Part shown: positions 1 to 11,829 of the stretch, one piece after another
How the letters are laid out: the number at the start of each line of letters is the position of its first letter
Numbering within the stretch: the first letter of the stretch is position 1
Source of the DNA: Geosiphon pyriformis uo1
Lineage: Eukaryota > Fungi > Glomeromycota
NCBI GenBank assembly: GCA_016748015.1
Contig: JAAOMT010000436.1
Span: 2,003,511-2,067,510 of the forward strand
Length of the DNA: 64,000 bases
Direction of reading: 5' to 3'
Translations under genes and position numbers: made by a program
Notes under the pieces: generated by a model
What the model saw: the letters and a program-made list of their open reading frames with translations, nothing else
Told to the model about the DNA's origin: nothing
Database searches by the model: none

Positions 1-304
1 AGGTTACTTAGATCAAATCTAAACTGAGAGATCTGTTTTTTCTGCTTTTAATGCTACTGCTATATATACCTAATTTATGTTCTATGAGATTGCTCACATT
101 TTCAAGTGATGTGCTATGATTTTTTAAGCAATGCTTACATTGTTAAACAATGTGTCCTAATTTTCTAACATCACTTCACATTGCTGAACAATGTGCTGTA
201 ATTCCTAATATTGCTCTATATTGCTAAGCAATGTGCTCATGTGCTAACTACTACTCCCTTATTGGTCTGCTATTTTTTTATAACTGTTTTCTTTATGAGT
301 AACA
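1..304 (-). mobile_element. LTR fragment (U3 part) of a Ty3/Gypsy element, truncated by window start
   Basis: Reverse complement begins TGTTACTCATA like the LTRs at 52140/61309 and contains TATATAGCAGTAGCATTA(A)AAGCAGAAAAAACAGA shared with the LTR at ~62930. Confidence 0.85.
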
Positions 305-446
305 ACATTAAAAAAAAACAATATTTAAAGTTTTTAATGATGATTTAACTTTTTTTTGGTAAAAATTAATTTTAAATTTTTATTTTTAAAATTTAATATA
401 TTTAACTTTTTAATTATTATATACTTAATTTAGAAGTTAAAAACTA

Positions 447-3400
447 GTTTTTTTTTTTTTATTAACATTTAACAAGTAAAGCCCAAATGCCACTTAACAC
501 AATATATCATACAAAATGATCTAAACTAAGTGCAAATCATGCACTTTCTACACATAACCAGCCACTCAGACCAATCAGAGCAATACTACAAATCTATTAC
601 AATAGACACCACACTATTAAGATTAGCAAAAAAACAAGATAGCTTACAGAAACCAAAGCCAATGCCAAAGGCCTCAGCAATACTAAACAACCTGACAACT
701 TTAACCAAAAGTAAAAAAGATAGACCATAAACAACAGGAAAGTCCAAGCTATTACTCACAATCAGACACTTTTTCTTCAAAATTGCCCTATATTTAGTTC
801 TGACCAATTATATCTCAGCCCAATAAGCCATTCCCAAGCCACAAACAAAATTAATAACATTCTCACTAGCAAGTTTAACACCACCAAAAACCTCCACAGC
901 TTCAACAAACCAATTCTTGAACAGAAAACTTTTACACAAAATGGTATACAAAACATTATCAGAAGTATACAGATAAAGCATCTGTAAGACTTAAAATGAT
1001 GATAACTCCAAATCTGGTAAAACACCCCACTTAGCATAAAATATCACAAATAGGTTACCACAAATTCCAGAGTCGAATACACAGACAAAAAAATGATCAG
1101 AATTCTTAATCTTTTCACAATAAAAACACAAAACACTAAGATATCTCTTGTTATACAAGTGCTTCAGAATGGCAACTAGCAGATGATAATATAAGGCTTT
1201 TATGAAGTAAGAACACAAATCAGCCATTGTTTTACTTGTAAAACCCACCAACATATGAGAGTCAAAATGCTAAACTAAGGCCATATAAATCCAATCCACA
1301 TTACCAACTAAGCAATTGTCAATAACACCAGAACCAGAGCCAACCTCTCAGTTAGCACAATGAATATATCCAAAAACCCCCTTAGTAAAATGGCAAACAT
1401 TCTTAAATACTATTATTCTACCAGCCTTAATAAACTTATCTTTAATCAAAACTGGAAGCATAAGATCTAAATCAGCAGTCATACTAGCCAGTTCATCAGC
1501 ATAGTTATTACCCAAAATGCCTGAATGTCTTCTAACTTTGTATCAAGAAACATTTAGTCTCTTATTCCTAATAGCTTTCACAATACCATGACATTTTATT
1601 CAACAATGATTTTAAAAATCTGGCAAAATTAGAGCTAACTTAGCAGCATAAGCATTCAAGGCAGCTTAACTGTCTAAGTATACTACAACCAAACTATTGA
1701 GAGGAACACATAACAAAGCCAAAGAAATAGCCTGCAACTCTGCTATTGTAAAAGACACCAACCCATCAATCCTAATGCCAATACTCAGACACAAGTCAGA
1801 AAAATAAGCAGCAGTCACACAACTCATCTTATGCATATCCAAATTTCTCAAAAACCTATTAGTATAGACATTAACAATATCCAAATTAACAGCCAAAAGA
1901 CTTTGTCTTAAATCAGAGAAGTCTTTAAAGCTATAAACATTTAAAGACTAAGAGTTAATATTAACCACTACAGCTGAAAACAAAGACTTGGCCAAGAAAT
2001 CACATGTAAAACTAAACCAATAAGGAATTAAATCTCTTGGATCAAGTCTTTTCCAATGGTAGAAACTTTTCTAATCCAAGACCAACTCTTTTTTATTATA
2101 CAATTGTTTTACAAAAGCAATCCCAAATCTTTTAAGTGAACATAAAACATCATAAAACATCCTATTCTCTAGAACAATAAATATTAAAGTGCCACCAGAA
2201 AAATAGAAAGCATACAAAGAAAAATTGTCCAAAGACATATCACAATCCTAAAATTTCTTCACAACATTAGCCAAAAAATTATTGGTCAACTTAATATGCA
2301 ACTTAAAAGCTAATGCAAAGGGTGAACAGAAAAACAACTCAAAACCTATAGGTCCAGATACTTATGGTTAAACAATCAACTAACAAGCCCATCAGTATTT
2401 GAGAAACCCACCACAGATGCAACTTTGCTTTTAGCTTGCAATTGCTCAAATAATATCAAACCATACAAAGAAAAATAATATAGAGCTTCATTAAGAAAAT
2501 CTCTTAGAAAACCAGCTTTTAATCTCAAATCTCTCCTAATCAACATGTTCTACTTAGTACATACACTCTTAGAAATAAAATTAAACTAAATTCTATAATT
2601 AACAATAGGCTGCAATACAGTTAAGACCAGGTAAAGAAACTGTTTGTCTGAAACAGTCTTTCTTAAAACCAAATTAACAAAGAATCTGATATCTAAATGA
2701 GCCTTTGCCAAACTGGATTTAGACAAACCCTTAGACAATAAAAAAATCTTAAAATACCTATAAGATTTTTTTTTGTAAGCAACTGAGATTAGCAAATCAC
2801 TAATTGATAAAAAAGCTTTCTTAACTTTCTGGTTAATAGAAATGGCCACAGTTTTTTCATTATTAATAGAAATGTCATTTACTCTAAAAAACTCACTAGC
2901 AATGTCCAAAATATATTAAGTGGCCACTTGATTATTTCCCAAATTGTGTCATTGACAAAAGCACCAGCTGCCAAAAATGAAGTCAACTCATCTTGGCTTT
3001 CCAATTTGCCAGTTCTAGTAATAAACTTTGTGTTAATCCAGTAGTCACACAAACTTTCCTGTCTTTTAATCTTACATAAAAAAAAATTGTAGAAGATCTT
3101 CTATAGCAAAAGAGAAAACACTTTAACCTGGTCAAGACCATTATGCACCTGGTATTTATCTATTAGACCAAAATCAGTCATAACATAATTGACTTAATCA
3201 TTGTAAATATTTCCAAAGAATCTGATAAAACTTGTACACATTTTAATCTAAACCAAATTATTTCACAAGTAATGTCAACCCACAGAATCATAGGCTTTTT
3301 GCATATCTTACAAAACAAGCCAAAGCTCATGATTTTTTTTCAAAGCATCTTCAATAACCAAGCTAACAGCAAATATAGAAAACTGAATGGTAGTGTCTTT

Positions 3401-4354
3401 GAACACAGAAAAATTGTTGCCATAAAAAATGCTGAACTTGCTGTATGCTAATAAAATTTTATCAAACAGTATCTTAAAAAGAATTTTATGAGCAGTTTCA
3501 ACCAATACAATCAACTTAGTATTGATTAGAACATCCTTTCATTTATAAGGTTTAGAAAGCATTGACACCCAAGCCTTCTTCTACAGTTGAGGAACAAACT
3601 CATGCACCAAATAGAGATTTAAAAAGTTCAACAGCAAACTGAGCACAGAACCATTACAATGTTTCCAAAATTTATTTACAATACCAGACATACCAGCAGT
3701 CTTACCATCTGACAAGTTTCTGATCACATATACTAACTCTTCATAATTGATAGTAATTATCACACCAGAAAAAGCATCATTATTAACATAATCCAATAGC
3801 AGATATTGATGCTGTCACACATTAGGAATATTATTCAACACAACCCTTTTTCTTGTCCAACCTTTCATAATCATGTCAACTTTATCTTTAACAACAACAA
3901 GATTCAAAATTAAATTACTTTTGGAAACCAAATGATTCAATACCACTTTACAGAAAAGATATTCTAATACACTATGGATTGTATGGTCTTTGTTAACAGC
4001 AAAACTTGCCATTCATTTTTTAATAGCAGACCTAATGCCTGATTTCTTAGCCCACAATAACTTGACAAGTTTGAACACACAATAAAACTTTCTTACACCA
4101 AAGAGTACAGAGTACAGAGTACACATAATTAAAACCCACACCAGAGTTCACAAGATTCCAAATAATAGAAGCATTGTTATTATTCAAGAATTTCTAGTGT
4201 CTTAATAGAAAGATAAACCTGTTAGTGCTCCTTTCATAGAAAGCTTTTGCAATTCTTGAAACCAAAATTTCCAGCTTGTAAAACTTAGAAGACTCTTTGG
4301 TAAATACTTTAATGTAACTTTAAACTATTTTTTCTTAAAAGTTTTATTGGCCAA
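447..4354 (-). mobile_element. LINE copy 1, 3' part (decayed ORF2: RT, RNase H, C-terminal CCHC; 3' UTR; poly-A)
   Basis: Poly-T on + at 447-460; peptide remnants VLVETAHKIL, ELWLVL, VYTNRFL..AELQAISLAL..YLDS, CFYCEKIKNSDHFFVC; colinear with the copy at 40370-47134. Confidence 0.9.
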
Positions 4355-5337
4355 TGTTACTGGAGGTTTTTGGTCTCTTCTTAGCTCTTGTATGTTTGTT
4401 GTAATGCTGTTAATTCATGATTATGGGAAGTGTTTGAACCTCTGATAACTGAATTTTATCTTCAAATTATCTCTTATAATTTGAACTACTGGGCTTATAA
4501 GTGGAATGGCCAATTTTGTGCCAGTTGCTTCATGTAGTTATGTTGTAGTAAACATCAACTCTTTCCCAGGAATTGCTTGTCTAGAAGCTCACTAAAAATG
4601 TGTAATTACTTTGCTGTGAAAGTTAACTCTTCTACAAAAATCTTGTCTGTAGGCTACCCTAATAATTATAATAAGAAAATAAAAGAAAGAAAATAAAAGA
4701 AATATAAAAGAAATAAAATTCTGTCAAGGGAAACGTTTTCTATTCAGGCCTGGAGTCACTAACAGTTTACCGAAATTGGTAGCTAATCAATTTCAAAACA
4801 TTAGTTGGGTTTTGGAGATTTTTCCAAGTGCAATAATTAAAGAATTTGGTTTTTTGAATTATTTAATATTTATTTATTTATTTTTTTGTGTAGGAATGGT
4901 TCTAAGTAATAAATCTAAAGTAAGATACATTTTTTTGAAAAGAGAAGCTCTTCTTTTATACAACTTATCATAACACTATTCTATGAACTTGAACTTTGTT
5001 CTTTTCTACAATTTTGCTGAACTAAAGATACATTTTGGCAAACTATAAGTTATTTCTGTAAACTATTAGATATTTTGGTAAACTGTCAATTATTTCAGCG
5101 AATTTCTACAAATTTTGGCAAACTTTTGAATGTTACATATTTTGGAGTATTGTATGATTGATTATTGCACTTAGGTTACATTTGTGTTATGTACAAATTG
5201 GGTTATTAATTAAATGATAATTTCGAACATTTTGCTAATGTAATAGGTGATAATTTGAAATGATAATATATGCTAATTAATAATAGGAATAAAGATAATT
5301 TCATGCTAAATAATATCTCTAATTTCGTTTGGTAACA
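4355..5337 (-). repeat. 3' LTR of element A
   Basis: TGTTAC...GTAACA ends; homologous to 7024-8013, 14130-14799 and 16235-17205. Confidence 0.93.
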
Positions 5338-5353
5338 TAACCTCCTCCTCAAG
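5338..5353 (-). other. Polypurine tract of element A
   Basis: GAGGAGGAGGTTA on the minus strand immediately before the 3' LTR TG. Confidence 0.85.
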
Positions 5354-6029
5354 ACTGAGCTCCATCGAAATCCAAGTACTGTCTGTAATTTCCAGATAAT
5401 AATCCAAAATTATTGAAGAAATTTGGTCTGAAAATTGTTGAAATTTCAGTTCTGTGAGCTTTCTAATGTATTGAATCTTCAAAGGTTGTAAAATTGGGTT
5501 TTGTAGGACGTTTTCACAGGTGTGGAATAGGTCATAAAGTCTAAGAGCAGTTTTTAGTTTATAATAACTGTTTGTAGGTCCAGTTGTTGTTTTGAATTCA
5601 TTGTGGAGTTGTTTCCAAATAGCTTTTTTTGTAAGGTTTGCTGCTGTAAGCTCCCATTTTTGTTCATTTGTGAAGTGTTTTTTCAATGTAGAAATATCTA
5701 TATATTGGAGTATAGTTGTAGTTTTCTTTGTTAAAACACAGTTGAAGTTTTTGTTGAATAGTAGCATTTGGTGGAATACTAATAGGAATGAGCATTAAGT
5801 TTTCTCTTAAAGCAAGCTTTAAAAGTTCTGGCAGGTGAATTCCAGAATAACTTCTTGTGTTCTTCTTATACAGGTAATATTTTCGTGAATTTGGGGCTAA
5901 ATTTGTAACTACTTCTGTTTGGGTATAATTAATGTGGCTTTTAGTAACAGTAATGGATAATTCGGGTATTGTTTTTAAAGCTAACATTAGTTTTTGGGAT
6001 AATTGTTGAATGTTTTGAGGAATAGTCAT
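5338..6029 (-). pseudogene. Extra 3' ORF (ORF3) of element A, frameshifted, unknown function
   Basis: ORF-track pieces 5664-6029 and 5306-5767; homologous to 60666-61295 in element B. Confidence 0.7.
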
Positions 6030-6149
6030 TATAAGAAATTTGAAAATAAAAGAAAATTATTTTTGGTGTATGGGTTTTTATTATTTTTGCTTTGTTTTTG
6101 TGAGATTGTTTCTAAATTATAAGGAGATAACTATAATAATAAATTTAAG

Positions 6150-8529
6150 TTAAGTATTTAAGTTGGGAGATTGTTCAATGATGACTATTGGTTCTAAATT
6201 TTGGGGAATATCTTCGAGATTAATTAAAGGAGAATGTGTACCAATTTGTGAAATTAATAGTTCAGAATTGTTTCTGGAATTATAGTGTTTCAAACGATCT
6301 CCATGTGCAACTTTTGCTAAGATTTTGTCATCAAGTCTTAGCTTGTATGATCCATTGCCTAAGACTTCATGGATAAAGAATGGTCCATCTCATTTATTTT
6401 CAAATTTTCCACTCCATTGTTTTTCAGCTTTAGTTCTGTGTAAGAGAACTTTGTTTCCAATTTTAAATCCATTGGTAACTGGAGGCAATTTTTTATCATG
6501 CCGTTTTTTTTGTTGAGCTTGAGAGTGTTTAATATGGGTGGCTGCTATTTGTTGTTTTTCTTCCAATGTGCTAAGCAGTGTGTAGGTTCTTTGTTGTAGT
6601 GTTTCCTGAAAGTTGTCTTTATTAATTGGTTGTATTGTGTATGTTTCCATTGTGAAACTAATTGGTAATGTTGCTGTCCTTTTATAAGTTAAATCAAATG
6701 GTGTGTGTTTTGTGATATCTTGTTTTAGTGTTCTATATGCTAGTAACACTGATAAAATAAAAAGATCACATTCTTGCTCAAAATTGGTTGAAACTTTGGC
6801 TAATGATTCACACAATGTTTTGTTAAAACATTCTACAAGTCCATTTGTTTGTGGATGGTAGGGTGAAGATAAAGGTCTTTTGACATTAAATTGTCCACAA
6901 ATTTCCTGGATTAAATTGTTCACAAAATGTGTTTCTTGATCAGATAAAAGTTTTATTGGACATCCATGTCTACAAATGATGTCTTTGTAGATGAAGTTTG
7001 CTACTGATTTCACATTTGCTCATTGTTACTGGAGGTTTTTGGTCTCTTTTCTTAAATGTTGTTAATGTCTGTTTGCTGTAGATTTCCATTTTCTGGATGT
7101 GGTTGAACCTTCAGTAACTGAATTTATCTTCAAATTATCTCCTATAATTTGAACTGCTGGGCTTATAAGTGGAATGGCCAATTCCATGCCAGTTACTTTG
7201 TATAGTTACGTTGTAGTAAATGTTAACTCTTTTCCAGAAATTGCTTGTCTGGAAGCTCACTAAAAATGTATAGTTACTTTGCTGTAAAAGTCAACTCTTC
7301 TACAGGAATTCTCGTCTGTAGGCTACCCAAAATAATTTATAATAAGAAAAAAAAGAGAATAAGAGAAATGTAAAAGAAAAAGTAAAACTGATAATTTATG
7401 GAAGTCGTTTTGGATCCAGGCCTGGAAATGCTTTAACAGTTTACCGAAATTGGTAGCTAGTCAATTTCAAACTGTTAGTAGGAATTGGTTAATTTCAAGG
7501 GAAATAATTTAAGAATTTGGCTTTTCGAATTATTTGATATTTATTTGTCTTTTGGGTGTAAAGGATTATTCTAATTGTTTTTAATCTGAAGTAAGATACA
7601 TTTTCTCGAAGAAAGACACTTTTCTTTTATACAACTTGTTGTAACATTATTCTATGAACTCAAACTTTGCTTTTTTTCTACAATTTCGCTAAACTAAAGA
7701 TACATTCTAGTAAACTACAAGTTATTTCTGTGAACTATTAGATATTTTGGTGAACTATCAATTATTTTGGTGAATTTCTACAAATTTCGGTGAACTTTTT
7801 GAATGTTACATAGTTCGGGGTATTGCATGATTGATTATTGCAATTAGGTTACATTTGTGTCATATACAAATTGGGTTATTAATTAAATGATAATTTCGGA
7901 CATTTTGCTAATGTAATAAGTAATAATTTGAAACAATAATATATGTTAATTAATAATGAGAATTATAATGATAATTTCATGCTAAATAATATCTCTAATT
8001 TCATCTGGTAACATTATTGAATGGCTCGGGCTTCAGACCATTTGGTAAGATAGTCTACAGCTACTGCAATATAACAGTTTTCTTGGTTTGTAATAGGGAG
8101 TGGTCCAATTAAATCAATACCAACTCAGTTAAAAGGCTGTCCAACTTTGATTGGGTTTAAAGGCTCTGTAAGGCAAGTTCCTTCTCTTCTTTGACAACTA
8201 TCACAAGACTTAATGTATTCATAAATGTTTTTTTTTATTTGAGGCCAAAAATAATATTCTAGTGTTCTCTGGGTGGTGCTGTCTTTTCCTAGATGTGCTG
8301 ATGAAGAGTCTGAGTACATGTTATATAAAATGGTTTCTTTTTTATGTTTTTGTATTAATCTGAGTGGGTTGTCTGAGTTTCTGAAGTTTTGATAATAAAT
8401 TATGTTGTTGTGTAAAAAGTATTGTTTGGCTTGTTGTTGTAACTGATGTTTTTTATCTGAAGACTAATCTGTTGGGATTGTTAATGTCTCCAAATATTGT
8501 TTAAGATTGTTGTAGTTTTCAGGGTTCAT
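6150..8529 (-). pseudogene. Integrase of element A, split by a solo LTR
   Basis: HLG..CDSCQ (HHCC), IDLIGP, SDQETHF, YHPQTNGLVE and GPF motifs; own ATG at 8529. Confidence 0.9.
7024..8013 (-). repeat. Solo LTR (family A) inserted in the integrase of element A
   Basis: Full LTR with TG/CA ends; flanks TCAT/TTAT; removal restores EARAIQ(R)ANVKSV. Confidence 0.9.
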
Positions 8530-8575
8530 TGTTTGTTGTTTTGTTGTTAATTCAAATGGGTGTTGGTTTTGTATT

Positions 8576-9960
8576 CTAATCTTGCCTCATTCTTGAGAGA
8601 CAATCAACGTTGGTGTGGAGTTTTCCTAGTTTGTGGTGTACAATGTATTGGTAGTTGGCTAGAAATCTTGTCCATCAGGTTTGTTTTGCATTTAGCTGAG
8701 TGTTTTTGTTCTGAAGCCATTTGAATCCAATATTATCAGTGATAATATCAAATTTTTTGGGTTTGAGGTAAAGATTGAAGTGATGTAGGGCCCAGATTAC
8801 TGCTGCAGTTTCTAATTCTGTTGCAGGGTAGTTCTTTTCAGCTGGTTTCAATGTTCTGCTAGCATAAGCAATTACTCGCTCATTTCCATTGTTATTTAAC
8901 TGTGATAGGATGGCACCAAAGGCAGTATAAGAGGCATCTGTTGCTAACTGAAATTGGTTGCTGAAATCTGAGTAGGCAAGAATTGGAGCTGTTGTTAGTT
9001 TTTCTTTGAGGATTTCAAATGTGTTTTGGTGTTCAGTAGTCCATTTGTATTTGATGTTTTTGGTGGTAAGCTGGTTGAGAGGTTTTGCGATTTCTGAGAA
9101 TCCTTTGATAAACTTCTGATAGTAGGAGGCTAACCCTATGAATCTTCTTAGTTCTGTAGTGTTTTAAAGAGTTTTGAAGTTTTTGACAGCACTGATTTTT
9201 CCAGGGTCTGGTTTGATTCCATCTTTACTAATAATATGACCAAGAAAGATCAAGCTTGTTTTTCCAAAGTAGCATTTTTTAATGTTGAGTTTCAGTCCTG
9301 TTTTTCGTAATCATTGAAAAACTTCTCACAAGTGTTTTAAGTGTAATTCGAATGGGAGAATAAACATTAGTATTGTCAAGATAAATGACTACTAACTTCC
9401 AAAGAAGTCCTTTGTACACAATATCTATTAATCTCTGAAATGTTGCTAGTGCATTACATAATCCGAAAGGCATTACATTGAATTCATAGTTTTTTTCTTG
9501 GATTGTGAAGACTGTTTTGGGACAATCTTTGGGGTCCATAGCAATTTGCCAGTATCCACTTTCTAGATCTAGTGTTAAAAAGTATTTGGCCTTTCCAAGG
9601 GCATCCAACATATCATCAATTCGGGGAAGGAGATAGACATCTCCAATGGTGACACTGTTGAGTTGTCGATAATCAACACAAAATCGTATCTTTCCATTTT
9701 TTTTTTAACTAAGACCACAGGTGAGGCCCATGGACTCATTGATAGTTGGATAAGCCCATTGTTGAGCATCTGTTGTACTTCTTCACAAATAAATTGGTGG
9801 CTTTTTGGAGCAACTTGGTAGGCTTGCTGTTGCTTTGGTTTGGCATCTTCTGTATAGATTTGGTGTTGGACCAAATTGGTTCTTCCTAAGTCATTGTTGT
9901 TTTCAGCAAAGATATTGGCAAATTCTGCAATTAGCTCTTTGAGCTGGCTCTGTTGTTGTG
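8576..9960 (-). pseudogene. RT and RNase H of element A
   Basis: SPWASPVVLVKK, LDLESGYWQI, MPFGLCNA, YLDNT (YLDD), TDAS, ELET; ends CLSRMRQD*. Confidence 0.9.
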
Positions 9961-10409
9961 GTTCAAGTTGTCCTATGTTGATTTGAGATAATTTTTCCAT
10001 GACAACATGGTAGTTTTCAGAGCTGGAGTTTGGGTTGATTTTTGGTAGTAAATGTCCAATAATTTCAGAGAAATTGGGGACTGTTTGGGGTAATTCTTGT
10101 TGAAAGATATTACTGTGAATAACTCCAATTTCTAAGTTATTTAATAAAACTATGGGGAAATTGTTGAGATTGTAAAAAGTAATTCGGATTTTCTTTGTTC
10201 CTTCTGGAATATAAATGTTTGGAATCAAGATATTATGTTCCAAGCAGATTTGTTTTTTGGACTCAAAAATTTGTTGTGTGGTTGTTGGCTTTTCACAAGT
10301 GTAAATTTCAGGGTGTTCTCCAAAGGGTGAAATAGTAATTGGTTGTGGAAGTCATAAAATCTGGTAAGATTCTTTCTGTTTGTTGAGAACTATGTTTACT
10401 GGAACTGTG

Positions 10410-10850
10410 AATCGTCTAGTTGAACCAAAACCTTGAGTTCTTCTTTCACTTTTTCCCAATAGTTTTCTTTGATTGACTAATTGTAAACCCAAAATGTTAA
10501 TTAAGAATAAATAAATGGCTTGGGCAATTTTTTTGGCATGTTCAATTTTAAATGGCTTGTCAGTTTCATTTTGGAGTATTACTGTTATGTCACCAGTATA
10601 TTCAGCATCAATTATTCCTCCTCTGACATTGATTCTTTTGCTTGCCAGAGAGGACTGGGAGGCAATTTAAACCATTGCTCCTGGTGGGATTTTGAGAGCA
10701 ATTTTGAAGTTGATTTTTGTGAGAGATTTGGGTTTGAGAACAAGAGTATCCTTGTCTGGATATCTTAGATTATATCCAGCATCAATTTCATGTGCTTTTT
10801 CAGGTTTTATTCCTTGTCCATTGTTGTTGAAGTATTTGAATTGTAAGACA
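10410..10850 (-). pseudogene. dUTPase domain of element A
   Basis: Motifs DAGYNL, ASQSSLA, GIIDAEYTG, KIAQAI, TQGFGST. Confidence 0.85.
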
Positions 10851-10959
10851 GACTGATTTTCGATGAGATAGATAGGTGTTGTTTCAATTTCTTCTGTTGC
10901 TTCAGATTCTCCAAATTCAATTTCGTATTCATTACTTTCGCTAGACAAGGGGATGCTAA

Positions 10960-11580
10960 GAGCATAGCATTTAGAACACCATTGTTCATCACAAGGCATT
11001 ATGCATTTTTTACATAATTTAATGTTCATTTGTTCTAGCCATTGAGCTTGAGCTTCTTTAGTTGAGTAGGTGTGACTTTCGATTTGATAATACACTTCTA
11101 CTTTATCTTCATAATCAAATTCAGCTAATTCTATGGTGTATTCAATATATTCTGCTTCTTTCATTTGACGAACATCTTCTTTGGTAGCTTCATTAACTAA
11201 TGTCATTACTAGGTTGAAAATCATCTCAGCATCATGAGGGTAGTAATAAAGTTTGTTGAGAGCATTGTTGTATGCTGCATCAAAAGGTGTTCCTTTTTTG
11301 ACTTTTTCTGAAATTGATAAAGCATATTGGCAGGTTTGATCACAGACTCCTTCTCTCATTGCTACATCAATCCAATTGCATTCTTCTGGTAGTATATCTC
11401 CACAAGTTAAACAAAGAGTGTTGTTCCATTTTCTGCTTCTTTTTATTAGATGGCCCCATTGTTCTTTATGACAAGCCTTGCAGTAATAACAAGTATGATT
11501 TTCATATTTTTCTTCAGGTGAAATGCAGGCTCCCATTGAAGAGAGTTTCTTGTGGCAGTCCTTGCATTTGAGTGAAATGT
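10960..11580 (-). other. Cys-rich domain between protease and dUTPase (element A)
   Basis: CKDC..YCKAC..CLTCG..CDQTCQY..YPHD..CKKCIMPCDEQWCSKC. Confidence 0.7.
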
Positions 11581-11829
11581 AAGGGTGTTATTTTTTTGGT
11601 TCTGGTTTAGAATATGGGATGTTCTATCCAGGGGTTTTTGGTTCCTCTGGATATGAGTTTGTTGCAAAATATGTTTGCTTAGTTTCTTCAGTCCAGTTAG
11701 ATGTTGATTCAAGTGCCATAAATGTTTCAACTACAGGTTTTTCTTCCTCTTCTCCAAATTCGAAGACAGGGGTTTTCTTTGATCATTTGTTGAATGTACC
11801 ACAAGTAGCAGGTACTCGGGCATGTTGTC

